From the NCBI RefSeq assembly GCF_000485595.1, contig NW_014577088.1, forward strand, positions 239,140-282,929: a stretch of 43,790 nucleotides of DNA, written 5' to 3'. Shown here piece by piece: positions 12,139 through 25,140 of the stretch (within the stretch, counting starts at the first letter, position 1; the number at the start of each line of letters is the position of its first letter). The position numbers and the translations under genes are program-made. Source of the DNA: Priapulus caudatus (lineage: Eukaryota). Under the pieces are notes generated by a model, which searched no databases, was not told where the DNA came from, and saw only the letters and a program-made list of their open reading frames with translations.

Positions 12139-13242
12139 GTGAGTAATCAGTGACTTTGCAGGTTTTCAAATGAGCAAAAATGTACAAAAAAACGTTCCCA
12201 TCGCTTAGCAATTGTTAAAATGTGGGAAATGGTACGTCGATCACCAACGAATTGGCTCAGAAAAAAACTAGTGTAAATTAACCGCATGACTTTAAAAGTA
12301 AGACGTTGCAGTTTTGTCATATGTGGTCGGGTGCTTGCATGATTCATATTTGTGACATATCATCTTCTCACAGCATTAGAAAGATGACGACAAATATCCT
12401 CTTGGCCTTTAGCTACGAAGCAACTACCTGCCTACTAAGCAATATCTACTTAAATATTTGTGTACTGCAGTCCATATATTATGTGTATTGTGTAATATGG
12501 TGGTATGTGTAATTACCATGCAGTAGTAATAACAACTTATTCTAAACAGCAATATTGCCAGCTAGCAATAATGTTTATCCTGCAAATGATTGGACATTAT
12601 TGGGAAGCAGTGCAAGGGTTTTTCTGGTCAGTTGTCGCTTGAAGGAGAATGAGGCTGCAAGTCACTTGTGGGCCTTGTATAGATCTATGTTCTTACATAT
12701 GCGTGTAACTATAAATATATTTTTATATATTTGTGTGTGTACTTCTGAGTGAGTAATGGTAAAAACAGGTAAGTCGTACGATTTCCATTGGATAATTTTA
12801 CTGGTGATTATTTTTATCTAATATTGGTATGCCTAGTATTTCGTTCCCTACAGAGTAATTGCCAAATTGCACTAAAAATGCATAGTAATTAGTGTGGATG
12901 TTAGCGCAATTATGTAATAATGTATTAGTACTTTTGTGGATGCAATCATTGTTCAACTATGTGTTTACCTGATGATTAAAGTGCAAATTCCATGCTTAAA
13001 TTATAATATATTGATATTTAGTGCACATATAAATTAAAATGATAAGCAAACGTACTGTTGATAATATACAGAGATCATTAAGATTCAAAATCCATGCTGA
13101 AGCATGCGCTTCTATCTCTCATCCTTGGTGAATTGCGACGGCTAAGTGCGACCGCATTACACATTTGCGTAGATAGCAAGAATGTAAAGTACTCTTCTTT
13201 ATTGCCCGCCTCGAGACAATCACGGTCCTTTTGATGTTTCAG

Positions 13243-13382
13243 ATGACATTCCGATTATAGTGGTTAGGGAGGGCAGCGTTAGTTCTATTGAGAGCAGCGG
13301 CTTTGGTGATGTAGACAACCCAGACAATAGCAATCTTGGCTTACTGGAAAACGAGCCAGTTATCGATGACAATTTGTTAAAT
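13243..13382 (+). CDS. ITPRID2: ITPRID/SSFA2-like protein exon
   Basis: tttcag/gtaagt; contains REGSVSSIESSGF, resembling the family RxxSxQSDSSGF motif. Confidence 0.82.
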
Positions 13383-13931
13383 GTAAGTCGGAGCCATATC
13401 ACTCTCTGGTGTCACGCAGCAGATCACAGAATGCACATCTTGCTATAGCAGACTAGAAAAGTATTTACTTCACAAGTAGGTTGGTTTGCTTATGTTATCC
13501 TGTCCAAACAATTCCAGTTTGAGTGATCCGGGATCTCCTCATTATTACAAAGAACTGGTACCTACTACTAAGAATTGTAATATGTGGCAGCTAACTAATC
13601 TATAAGTTAGAGATCAGTATTATCCAATACTCCTGATATAACACTTCTTTTAATGTGTAATTTTAAACATTTTAAAGTTAATTACATTACTATTCGCTTT
13701 GAGAGTGAACAAGTCGAGTGTAGGTGAGAGTATGACATTGTGTATTAATAATATAGGTAAACCATACTTCAAATGTTAAAAGGTTGTATAAATATGTCAA
13801 TGGATTTAGTGTAACAACTAATGAACTTTTTTAACAATGGATAAATTGGTTGAAGAATTATTGTATAATATTCGTTTTAATTACACAAAAACTTTATTTG
13901 AATGAATATTCATCACATATGATCGTTGCAG

Positions 13932-14030
13932 GTCTGTCCAACACCTAATGCAGACAGTGAAAGTGGAGAGACGAGCAGTGTTTGTACTCTGAAAGCCCGC
14001 TCAAACAGCAGACAGGAAGACTTCTCAGAG
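13932..14030 (+). CDS. ITPRID2: ITPRID/SSFA2-like protein exon
   Basis: ttgcag/gtgggt; 99 nt, phase 0-0; VCPTPNADSESGETSSVCTLKARSNSRQEDFSE. Confidence 0.75.
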
Positions 14031-14143
14031 GTGGGTGCAACTCCTTCACGAGAAGCCAGAAACCTATTTAGTCATTAAATACTAAAGTGTTAATTCTTCC
14101 TCAAATTACAATTTGGAAATATATAGTGTTGTTTCCTCCTCAG

Positions 14144-15532
14144 GTTACTAAGTTCGTAGACGATACCGCAATGGCATACCAACCCACCGTATCTTTTGAG
14201 GAGAAATCCACCGAAACAACAGATTTACCTGATCATGACTGGCCCAGCTACGCGCATCCTTTGCGAGCCGACAGTGTGGAAAAGGCGTGTGGACCAGATG
14301 AGCTGCTCGAGCATAAAAGGTCCGTCTCCACCTCCAAAGTGTCTGAAGAATCACCAATCGGCATTTCGAGGTACTTTTCGCTCGACGAACTCTGGCCGCA
14401 CTGCGTCGATGAAAAAATGACGATGTCACAGCACGACGAGTGCACGTCACTGGGCGGAGCCCGGGCCGCATCCGTGCAGAATCTGCTGCTCGACTTGCTG
14501 GCGGGTGAGGGCGAGCCGTTCGCTCACCTGAAGAGAAACGTCGAGAAGGCAGTGCAGGAGGTCTTTCAGAACGTTCACTTCGGCGCGCCGGCGGAAAGCG
14601 ACGACGCGAGGCCGCGGCGGGAAGAGGTCCCGGCCGCACGACGCGAATCGTTCCGCAGCTACGACGACTCCGTCGAGGGCGACGCCGGCAGCGCGGCGGC
14701 GGCGGCGGCGTACGACGTGCACACGGTGGATGTGGCGGCGGCGGCGGCGGGACGCGAGGTGCACACCGTCGAGGTGGCGGCGGTGGCGCGCGACCGCGCG
14801 GTGGTCACCTACAGCCGGCCGCCGGCCGCCGAGTCGATCGTGCGCTTCTCGCAGGACGCCGACCGCAACACGGTGATCGAGACCGCGCGCTCGTGCCCAA
14901 TGGAGCTGCTGCACCTCGACGCGCCCGTCGACGTCGAGGTGTCGCCGGCCGGCGTGCGGCTCACGGCGATCTTCGAGGAGCGCGGCGCGAGCGGCGCATC
15001 CGTGAAGCTGCGACTCACACCGGCAAGCGTCGCTCGGCCGCGCTCGCCGACGCAGCAGGATGCTCCGTTGTCGCAGCGACGGGAGGATGCTCTGTTGTCG
15101 CAGCGACAGGAGGATGCTCTGTTGTCGCAGCGACAGGAGGATGCTCTGTTGTCGCAGCGACAGGAGGATGCTCTGTTGTCGCCGCGACAGGAGGATGCTC
15201 TGTTGTCGTCGCGGCGGGAGAATGCTCCGTTGTCGTCGCAGCGGGAAGACGCTCCGTTGTCGTCGCGGCGGGAGAAAGGCGGCCCGCAGTATGTGTCGGA
15301 ATGCTTTGTCCACCTTCGACACGGCTCGCCCGCGAACGCTCAGCCCATCCACCGTAGCGCGAGCGCCCCCCATCCCGTCACCACCAGCCTGGAGGATGAG
15401 GTCGATGGCTGGGTGGAGGAGAGTGAGCGAGCGACGATAGACCACGGGTGCGACGCCGGGCGGCGGAACGACGCTCAGGGGTACCGCGATAGGAGGGCAG
15501 CATTGGCGCAGCTCTTGGAATCCGACAAGCAG
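14144..15532 (+). CDS. ITPRID2: ITPRID/SSFA2-like protein, large low-complexity exon
   Basis: cctcag acceptor, gtaaga donor, 463 open codons. Confidence 0.82.
15055..15275 (+). repeat. Coding 30-bp tandem repeat (~7x EDALLSQRQ-like decapeptide)
   Basis: gaggatgctctgttgtcgcagcgacag units in frame. Confidence 0.92.
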
Positions 15533-15614
15533 GTAAGAAGGGCGCGTGGGGCAACAGGGTGAATGTTAGAGCTCTAGTTTAAGCGTTGACGTCTTTGTTT
15601 TGTCTTTGAGAAAG

Positions 15615-16817
15615 GTTGCTGTCCAGCAGAACGCTGCTGGGGTGGAGACGAGCACAACTGGGTTCAGCAGCAACAGCAGCGGTGGCTTTACTAACATCTG
15701 CTGCCGCCAGAACTCCCACACTAACATTCCGCGTTGTGGTGATGGTGGTGGTGGTGCACGTACAATTCACGCTTCTACGGCAGAACGTAGTCATACAGGC
15801 TCTGCCAGCATTGAAGAATTTCAGAGCATTTGGAAAAATACTGTAACAAGCTCGAACTTGTGTGATCGCTCATTGATTTCCGCTGTGCAAACTTCTCCAA
15901 GTCTAACACCCTCAGGAAAGAACTCATTCTCACCCAGAGAGGGGCATGATTTCTCTCCTGAGGTCGTTGGTGTTATGTTGACACAAACTCGTCCTGTTTC
16001 CTTTGGTGATAGTAGTTCTGTTACACGAGGCAGTGAAGTTTGTAAGTACAGCAGTGTCGCCACTTTGTGTGTAGATCAGCTGAGATTCCCCGATTCAGAT
16101 GTAGAGACTGATTGTGATAGCTTTAGTGCAAAATCGGAGTTTGACAGCAGCATAGAGGATATACTGGCAGAATGCAATGATTGTGATGAAGAAATTGACG
16201 TGACTCATTTTGACGATGTTTTGTACGCTGGTGAACAGCAGAAAGGTAGCAAATACGCAGAGATTGCCCGAAAGCATTCCGCGACAGATAAGCGACAGCG
16301 CGCCGACGGCCACAGCGAAGGCTCCGGCAACTGGAGCGAGCTCAGGCCAAGGCCTGCTCGCGGCCGCACGATCTCCGTGCCCTCTTACATGGAACTGCAG
16401 CGACGTTCCGCCGGGCTATCCGCAAGTTACGAGCAGCAGCGGATCACCGCCGACACCGACCGCGTCGCCACCCCGCCGGAGAAGCGCAGTCTGCAGCGCC
16501 TCAAGAGTCTCGACTCGGCGGGCTTCCCCGACCCCGTCGCGACGCAGCGCGAGACCGAGCCGACGTTCTCGACGCTCGTCGAGCACTACCTTGCCGGCAG
16601 CCAGCCGACGAGCATCGACAGCATGTGCAGCAAGCAGCGGTTGTCGGCCGTCGGTCGGCGCAGGAGCTTCCCGCACTCGCAGACGGAGGAACACGTCGTC
16701 GCGGCGACGATGGCTAGCGACGACCGCGCGTCGCCGCGGACGCCGGGGAGCGATTGCTGGTGCGCGCGCGACCTCTTCTCTCTCGTGAGCCGGCGACGCC
16801 AAGCGGCAGGCGGCAAG
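15615..16817 (+). CDS. ITPRID2: ITPRID/SSFA2-like protein, large Ser-rich exon
   Basis: 401 open codons, gtaaga donor; exact acceptor uncertain (exon start 15615 or 15627, both phase 0). Confidence 0.78.
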
Positions 16818-16977
16818 GTAAGAGGTGTGGCGACGTCCGAGTAGAGTGTGTTGACGCACGTGTGACAGCACCATGCATGCATGCCTCGTGTGTGCGTCAC
16901 TCTTCCTGCATGCTGCACTAGGGTTGTGTATTATAGCAATGGTGGCAGTTGGGTTTTAGATTGATGTTAACATTTCT

Positions 16978-17168
16978 GGTGTGTGTATGTGTGTGTGTGC
17001 GTGTGTGTGTGTGTGTGTGTGGTGCTGTGTGTGTGTGTGTGTGTGTGTGATGTGTGTGTTAGAATTGTGCCTGCGCACGCGGCGTTGTGTGCATGCGTAG
17101 TGCGTGCGTGCGTGTGCTGGTGTGTGACGAGAGAGAGAGAGAGAGAGAGAGTGTGTGTGTGTGTGTGA
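16978..17168. repeat. (GT)n/(GA)n microsatellite cluster
   Basis: Seen directly. Confidence 0.9.
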
Positions 17169-17482
17169 TAGTATTTCAGTAGACTTTGTGTTAGACAGTG
17201 CTAACAAATGTCGGATTAGAAAAATTGCGTCTTGTACAAATTGTTCTGTTACTGTGTAGTACTTGTAGCTGCTTGTGGTGAATTGCTATTCTTTTTATAC
17301 GTTAATTAGCATACTTTTTGAAATGCCTTTAATGTTTTTTATTCTACTCTAGTGTGTTCAGTATGTATAGCTAGTCCAAGTAGTCGGTTTGATCTTGTTC
17401 TGTAGGTTTTGTAGTGTGATAGAATATTTATCTGGTTGAAATGTATAGTTTCTGTTTTTAATTACCACTAGTGTTGTTAAAT

Positions 17483-17925
17483 ATAAAATCTAACAGAAGG
17501 CAAGACTTCTTGTTTTGTTTTATTTTGGCGATTTACTTCTTTGCTTTGTCTAGATTCTAGATTTCCTCATTTCATTGGGTGTCTGCATGTGTTATTGTAG
17601 ATATCTGTAAGCGTAGGACCATAGCAGTTATGTCGTACTAAAATAGCTAACGATATAGATTATATTTCTTTGAGTTTATTGCATTAGTTATTTAAAGACA
17701 TTTTCATAAAATCTAACAGAAAGCAAGACTTCTTGTTTTGTTTTATTTTGGTGATTTACTTCTTTGCTTTGTCTAGATTCTAGATTTCCTCATTTCATTG
17801 GGTGTCTGTGTGTTATTGTAGATATCTGTAAGCGTAGGACCATAGCAGTTATGTCGTACTAAAATAGCTAACGATATAGATTATATTGCTTTGAGTTTAT
17901 TGCATTAGGTATTTAAAGACATTTT
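17483..17925. repeat. ~223-bp near-perfect tandem duplication
   Basis: ataaaatctaacagaa..gcaagacttc...atttaaagacatttt starts at 17483 and again at 17706. Confidence 0.92.
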
Positions 17926-18204
17926 GTTAAGTAATAGCTTAGTACATATAAATGTTGAAAATCATGAAATAATATTGATTTTCAATTATTTTCAATCTCA
18001 TGATGTTCCCGGGATAGAGGGTAGGAAAACAGTCCATGTTCGCTTTCGTAAACAATGAATTCTTCGTTCATTTTATCAGGAGTACATGAATAGAGATTCC
18101 CCATTCACGTAGTACTAATTTTATCAACGAAGCACCTGTCTTCAACGTACTGTTATAGAAGTTAAACGCACGGATACGACTGACGGACGTGCGGGTATAT
18201 AATA

Positions 18205-18500
18205 TTATGTTGAACGTACGGATAACAATTAATGTTGAAGGTGCTAGTACAATGTTGAAGGTACTCGTGCAGAGTACTCGTGTAGGTACTCGAGGTAGGT
18301 CGAGCGTACTCGTGCAGGTAGAAATGCTGAACGTACGTGTGGAAATGTTGAAGATACTGGTAAAAACGTTAGTACAAGTGTTGAATGTACGGGTATTGAT
18401 GTTGAACGTACTGGTGCACGTGTTGAATGTGCGGGTACACATTTTGAATGAGTGGGTACGAATGTTGAACCTACGCGGTAGAAATGTTAAGCGCACGGGT
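18205..18500. repeat. Degenerate ~21-bp minisatellite (atgttgaacgtacgggtagaa-like)
   Basis: Recurring tgttgaa(c/t)gtac motif at ~21-nt spacing. Confidence 0.75.
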
Positions 18501-18770
18501 ATAAAACTGTCCGTTTAAATATTATCGTATCAACTTTGCATTTTTTTATACCGCCGGGTTTGGCGATCGCTCCTCGGCATTCTGATCTCTTCGCCCCAGC
18601 GATGGCTGTGCGGAAAGCGAACCACAGCAGCTAAACATGTTTTAACAACAGATATATAGATCTCGACCTTTCTCGCGTGTCATCCAACCGACTGTCTAAA
18701 CGAAAGCAATCTGGGCCACACGTCGCAGTCTCCGTGTCTGTGTTTGTCTACGCGCTGAGAGGGGATGGAG

Positions 18771-18815
<45 letters not shown>

Positions 18816-19690
18816 NNNNNNNNNNNNNNNNNNNNNNNNNNNNNNNNNNNNNNNNNNNNNNNNNNNNNNNNNNNNNNNNNNNNNNNNNNNNNNNNNNNNN
18901 NNNNNNNNNNNNNNNNNNNNNNNNNNNNNNNNNNNNNNNNNNNNNNNNNNNNNNNNNNNNNNNNNNNNNNNNNNNNNNNNNNNNNNNNNNNNNNNNNNNN
19001 NNNNNNNNNNNNNNNNNNNNNNNNNNNNNNNNNNNNNNNNNNNNNNNNNNNNNNNNNNNNNNNNNNNNNNNNNNNNNNNNNNNNNNNNNNNNNNNNNNNN
19101 NNNNNNNNNNNNNNNNNNNNNNNNNNNNNNNNNNNNNNNNNNNNNNNNNNNNNNNNNNNNNNNNNNNNNNNNNNNNNNNNNNNNNNNNNNNNNNNNNNNN
19201 NNNNNNNNNNNNNNNNNNNNNNNNNNNNNNNNNNNNNNNNNNNNNNNNNNNNNNNNNNNNNNNNNNNNNNNNNNNNNNNNNNNNNNNNNNNNNNNNNNNN
19301 NNNNNNNNNNNNNNNNNNNNNNNNNNNNNNNNNNNNNNNNNNNNNNNNNNNNNNNNNNNNNNNNNNNNNNNNNNNNNNNNNNNNNNNNNNNNNNNNNNNN
19401 NNNNNNNNNNNNNNNNNNNNNNNNNNNNNNNNNNNNNNNNNNNNNNNNNNNNNNNNNNNNNNNNNNNNNNNNNNNNNNNNNNNNNNNNNNNNNNNNNNNN
19501 NNNNNNNNNNNNNNNNNNNNNNNNNNNNNNNNNNNNNNNNNNNNNNNNNNNNNNNNNNNNNNNNNNNNNNNNNNNNNNNNNNNNNNNNNNNNNNNNNNNN
19601 NNNNNNNNNNNNNNNNNNNNNNNNNNNNNNNNNNNNNNNNNNNNNNNNNNNNNNNNNNNNNNNNNNNNNNNNNNNNNNNNNNNNNNNNNN
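18816..19690. other. Assembly gap (N run) preceded by (GA)n
   Basis: Run of n. Confidence 1.
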
Positions 19691-22600
19691 TATGTCTCTG
19701 GATATGGATTCAAGCTGGCGCTTTTAACAGTATTTATTTTTTTAGCTAATTATCAGGATTTTATTAACTACGATTGATTTTTTTACTAACAAAAAAAGCT
19801 TTATGAAAAAATGCTTCGATTACTGGTTCGACTATTCCTTCGACTGGTTCGACTATTCCTTCGACTGGTTCGACTATATGCTTCGACTGGTTCGACTATT
19901 ACTGGTTCGACTGGAGTCGTTACTATCGGAGCCCACTGACGGTCTGTCACGGGGTGTTTCGGACATGCGTTTCAAAAAGTAATTTTTAAAAGGCAATTAC
20001 GGGGGGAAATTGACCCCAACCACTCAGCGTCTGAAAATGCCCGCCCTTCTTCTATGACGCTAACTTCGTTTGTGTTTCTCCGGTCGGTTCTACAGCAGTT
20101 GCCTGCGCACAAAGGACAACCCCCATTAGTTCTGAGCGCGGGTACATGTGTTGAATGCACGCATCTCTCGAATGGCATCAATTTTGCTAATGCATAATTT
20201 AATTCCGCTGCGATTTTAAACATTTATGATGGCCTATCCATGTCCCGCGTCACGATCGTGCTTTTCAACGTTGAATGAATGAATGTCGCAGTATACGAAC
20301 GGCAGACCGGCTAGGGAACTCGAGCTAGCACAGTAATTTAGTGACCTATCCAGCCATGTAAGAGCGTGCGTCGTAATCACGACTACTATACCTATATTAA
20401 CATGGTGTCACCATGGCAACTGCAAGCAATAGACAAGTTCAATGACCAGATAGGCAATGCACACAGGGAAGGGTGACGTGTCTAATTATGCTATGACTAG
20501 CTGGCTTGCAATGCGAGTTTGGTTGGGATGAGCGCTGCACCGGCGCGGGTTTCAGCGAAAACAACTTTGCTGCATTAAACAGCCGCCAGCTTAAACGTTT
20601 TAAGTTTTGAAGGGAAGCATCGTTTGGCGTGGGGTCGGTAATAGTATATGACGGGTGCGGTCCTAGCGCTGAATGACCTTCGATATGACCTTACAGGCAA
20701 GCATATGCTAGCTTGTGTCCCATTTTCATTCGTGTGAATCAATATTTGTGACCGAATCTTCGAAATTGCTCATTTCGTAACAGCCGGCAATTTGCAGAAC
20801 TTTCTATAAGTGTATTTGCTCTGCTGATGAACAGTTATGCTTGCACGCCTTTAGCTGGGTCTACCAGATGGCATTGAACTCTGCCGGAGTGGCTTCATCA
20901 TATTTGCAGTGCTGTAAAACTGGTACTCGATTCAAGTGTCTGTGGACATACTTCTAGCCGCAGTAGCCACGGAGCAGATATGTCGGTTGACGACCATGCG
21001 CCATGTAGTAGTATTGTGCTATAGCTAGACGATGGGGAGCAAGGGGCGGCTGAAGATTTAGCAAAGTTTATAGTGTCATGTATTTTACATAGCGATTATA
21101 TTGAGTTTGCGAATCGCTGAGAATCAGCCGCTGTTGGTTGATCCAGCTAAACTTAGGATCGGACCGTTTACGTAGGAACGCCGGCTTTGGTTGATTCGGC
21201 ATAACTGTATTTCATTGGTACAAACCTGCATTACTCTTGCTGAATGCGTTAGTTATATACTCCTCTTAATGGCACAATCGTGTCGAAGAAATGATTTAGT
21301 GTGAGTTTTGCACATACTACAGCGTTGACTTTCACGTGACCTCAACTCTGATAAGAATTACAATATTTTCCCTAATGGAGTTTCAAGTTATTGGTCATGT
21401 ATTTTCAGGATATATAAAGGCAATAAAAGCTTTCGCGTCATTACCGCATTGCAATAAACCTATACATCTCCAGCATAAATCGTACATTAGAGACAATAAA
21501 ATATACACCTCGCGTTCTTGATAACGATGGTTTCTCTCGCGGTGGCATTATTGATCAATATCTCTCGTGGTGGCTAATTTCAAACATAATGAAACGCGTG
21601 TGCAGTTTGTAAAACCTCGGTACACACAAGCTCGTGGTCAATAAACAGTCGGTTGTGTAATTAACTATCGACCAAATTAATATATTCCACGGCGGTTTAA
21701 CCGCCGGAAAATCATATTCAAATTAGCTCATTATTATTGATATTATTATTCTATATTAACACTGTCAATGAAGGTAGACGGACACATAGAAGGCGATACC
21801 ATTTTGTTTTGTTCTTTGTTTACGAAGTTGAGAGATAAAGGGGAATCTGTCATATTTTAGATGTAGGGTTATACTGAGTGTCGAAAACTTTCCAGGTTCG
21901 AAGGGATTCATGGTTAAGATCACGGAATAAAACGCAGGTTTAATCCGTACACGACATGGTCAGACTGACCGTATTGGAGTTCTCTCTGCGTATCTATACT
22001 GAGACGATTATTTAATATAATCAACGTGAAATGTCAAGAGCCATACTCTCGGGGAATCTGTTCGCTTCGGCAGACTCGACTTTAATTCCAGACTCGTCCA
22101 GGAAATGAACAAGATAAAGTCGTGTATAGCATTGATGTTGAGGGTTATAGGCGTGGTGGCAATTTTAAAGTATAATGCGATATTCGAACTTCAGCCCGAG
22201 AAGATTGAATGCCTTTATATTTCATGTTTTCGTTCATTATAGGCCTACGTATTTTATCCGATTTATTTTTGTTATTAGTTTGGGGTTGGTTGGTCTTGTA
22301 GGTATTAATTCAAACCAATTTTCCTGATGTAGTTTCCGAAGGCGCTATATAATTCTGATAAAACATTTGTATGATTGGGAATTATAAGCGAGCACGAAGT
22401 GTTCATCGACGAGTATTGCTTATAGTCATTGCTATATATTATACATTTGTAATTTTGCTAAGATTCAAATGAAGACCGTGCTTGTGATTCCTCAGACTAT
22501 CATAGTTGCAGCAGTTGATTAAGTGATTGTGTGATTGGAAAACGCGAAGAAACGGTCTTCGGTAATTGAGGACATATTTTCTTTATGGCAATTCCATTTG

Positions 22601-23254
22601 TGTACTTGACGTTTGAATGCCAAATGGCCGGACGGTACCGGAACTGCCAAATAGAGCTACAATGCAGATTGCTATGCTTACCTTGTGCTAGCAGGTAAAC
22701 GTGTAGTAATGTGTGCGCCCAATTGTTACCGACGAGTACATATATATGCAAGCGTTGTGATATAAATTATAATATTGACTTTTCCATCAACTTATAAATG
22801 TCGCGTTTCCATGATAATAATCTCAATTCGCTTTGCCCGACCTGCATGTAAACCTGTATAATAGAACGGTAGAATCGCGCGCCGATGTGAAAATAGTACT
22901 TTTTTTGATAATATTGTGAAACTTACGGCATGGATGCACGCGTTAAGACCATAAGCGTAGCGCGCGTTGCCCGGTCTCACGAGATGCATAATGGCGTGTT
23001 AAAGCAAACACGGCGTTTGACTGTTTTCGCTCAGAAACCACGAAAAGTCAACATAATCGGCGTTCGTTCGGGTCATCCCATATATACAGATACAGACACG
23101 CAGTCTGATGGCGGTAAACTGAAATGCAAGCTCACCCCTCCCCACACACACACACGATCACGAATTAGGCCTACCGTGAGGATCTGCCATGCGGCGCGCC
23201 TGAGTTCAATTTATTCACAAACCCTCGATACGCGCGTTAAGCAGAAAAACGTGA
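19691..23254 (+). repeat. Left arm of large inverted duplication
   Basis: Reverse complement of 25141-30166 (minus the insert), e.g. tatgtctctggatatgg vs atatccaggagacata and gcagaaaaacgtga vs tcacgtttttctgc. Confidence 0.92.
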
Positions 23255-23659
23255 TTAGCATATGCACGCAAGTAATGCCGTCGGTGGACGCTAGAAAGGT
23301 CATTAGAAGTAAAATTATTCTTTGTTGTGTAATTCGTGACAATTCCGTCAGGTGCGTAGCCCCAGGGATCCGTTGTGTTTTTTAGTGTATGAAATTGTGT
23401 TCAGACACGACCTTTGGGCAGAAATTCCGCGATCATAGATCTGGCAAAGAGTTTCGAGGCGAGCATAGAGCATTGAAATCTGTAGTTTAATCTTATAGCA
23501 TGCAAATAAAGTGTATGTTGGTATGCGAAGTAACAGTGGTGAGTTATTTTACACATTAAAATTTCTGTTCGAATGCCTTAATTCAGCAGCCTTGCAGCCT
23601 ATGAACCCCTCTAACTGTTGGTCAACACGCGATAGGCAAAAGCAGGCCTCGCGTGCGTG

Positions 23660-25130
23660 CGCTCTGACACACCGATACCTCTCAGGGCACTCTAGCACAT
23701 CCGATACTCTCACAGCGCTACTACACACCGATACTCTCCAGCGCTCTAACACCCGATACCTCTCTACAGCACTCTACACATCCGATCTCTCAGTCGGCTC
23801 TACACACCGATACTCTCAGCGCTCTAACACAACACACCGGTGGATACTTATGCAGCGCTCTACACACCGATACTCTCAGCGCGCTACAGCACACCGATAC
23901 TCTCAGCGCGCTAACACACGTTGCCGATACTCTCCGTGCGCTACACAACGCGCAGTACTCTCAGCGCACTGCACGCATGCACCGATAACTATCTGTGCCT
24001 ACACAGCGATTACTCCAGCGCTCTACACACCGATCACTCTCAGCGCCTACAGCAGCCGATACTATCAGCGCTCTACCAGACAGCACCGATACTCTCTGTG
24101 CCGCTACACACCGATACTCTCAAGCGCTCTAACAACAACCGATACTCTCAGCGCTCTAACAACGCGATACTACTCAGCGCTCTAACATAGCACACCGATA
24201 CGCTCAGCGGCATCTACACACACCGATACTCTCAGCGCGCTACACACCAATACTCTCTGTGGCGCTACCACACCCAGATACTGGCTCTGTGCGGCGTACA
24301 CACCGATACTATCAGCGCTCTATCACACACAACCGATAACTCTCAGCGCGCACACACCGATACTCTCAGTCGCTGCCGTACACACCTGATACTATCAGTC
24401 GCTCTTCACACACCAATACTCTCATGTGCCTAGCACATCCCCGATACTATCACGCGCTCTTAACAATCCGATACCCTCAGCGCTCCTACCACCGATTACT
24501 TTCAGCGCTCTACCACACCGATACTATCAGCGCTCTTATACACCGATACTCTCAGCGCTTCGAACTAACGATACTGCCTCACGCGCGCTAACACACGTAT
24601 CTCTCTTGTGCGCTTAGGAAACACCGGGATACGGGCTCCTCTGTGCGCGTCCACACGGCGATACTGGGCTCAGCGTGCTAACAACGCGGATAACTCTCAC
24701 GCGCCTAACAATACACCGATACTTCTGGACGCTACACAGAACCGTACTCAGATCAGCGCTCTATACACACCGTTTATACTCTCAGCGGCGCTACACACAC
24801 GATACTCATCAGCGGCACTACACAGAAACCCGATACTATCAGTGCTCTACACAAGGCCGATATCATCCTCTGTGTCGCTACAGCCACCGATGACTATCGA
24901 GCGCCTAGAACACACACCGATATCTCCAGCGCTCTTACACACCGGATTACTCCTGTGCGCTACTCACCGATATCTCAGTGCTCTAACATCACCGATACAC
25001 TCTCAGCACGCTACACACCGATATCTATCAAAGGCGCTCTAACACATCCGCGAGTGAGCTCCTCTGTGCGCTTACAAACACCTGATACTATCAAGCGGCC
25101 TCATACACACCTGATATGGCTCAGCGCACC
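23660..25130 (+). repeat. 24-bp minisatellite array (cagcgctctacacaccgatactct)
   Basis: Dozens of contiguous units with many 1-2-nt indels and tgtgcgct/ctatcag variants. Confidence 0.93.
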
Positions 25131-25140
25131 CGGAAGGACC

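Noticed and set aside
14447..15445. 332-aa minus-strand ORF (likewise 11381-12046)
   Set aside because: Antisense to GC-rich, repetitive coding exons, with no independent domain or splice evidence
18677..19777. Long ORFs of 320-366 aa
   Set aside because: They consist of X residues spanning the N gap
23660..25130. CRISPR-like appearance of the regularly spaced 24-bp repeats (also 30948-31895)
   Set aside because: Units are contiguous with no unique spacers, no cas genes are present, and the context is a eukaryotic intron
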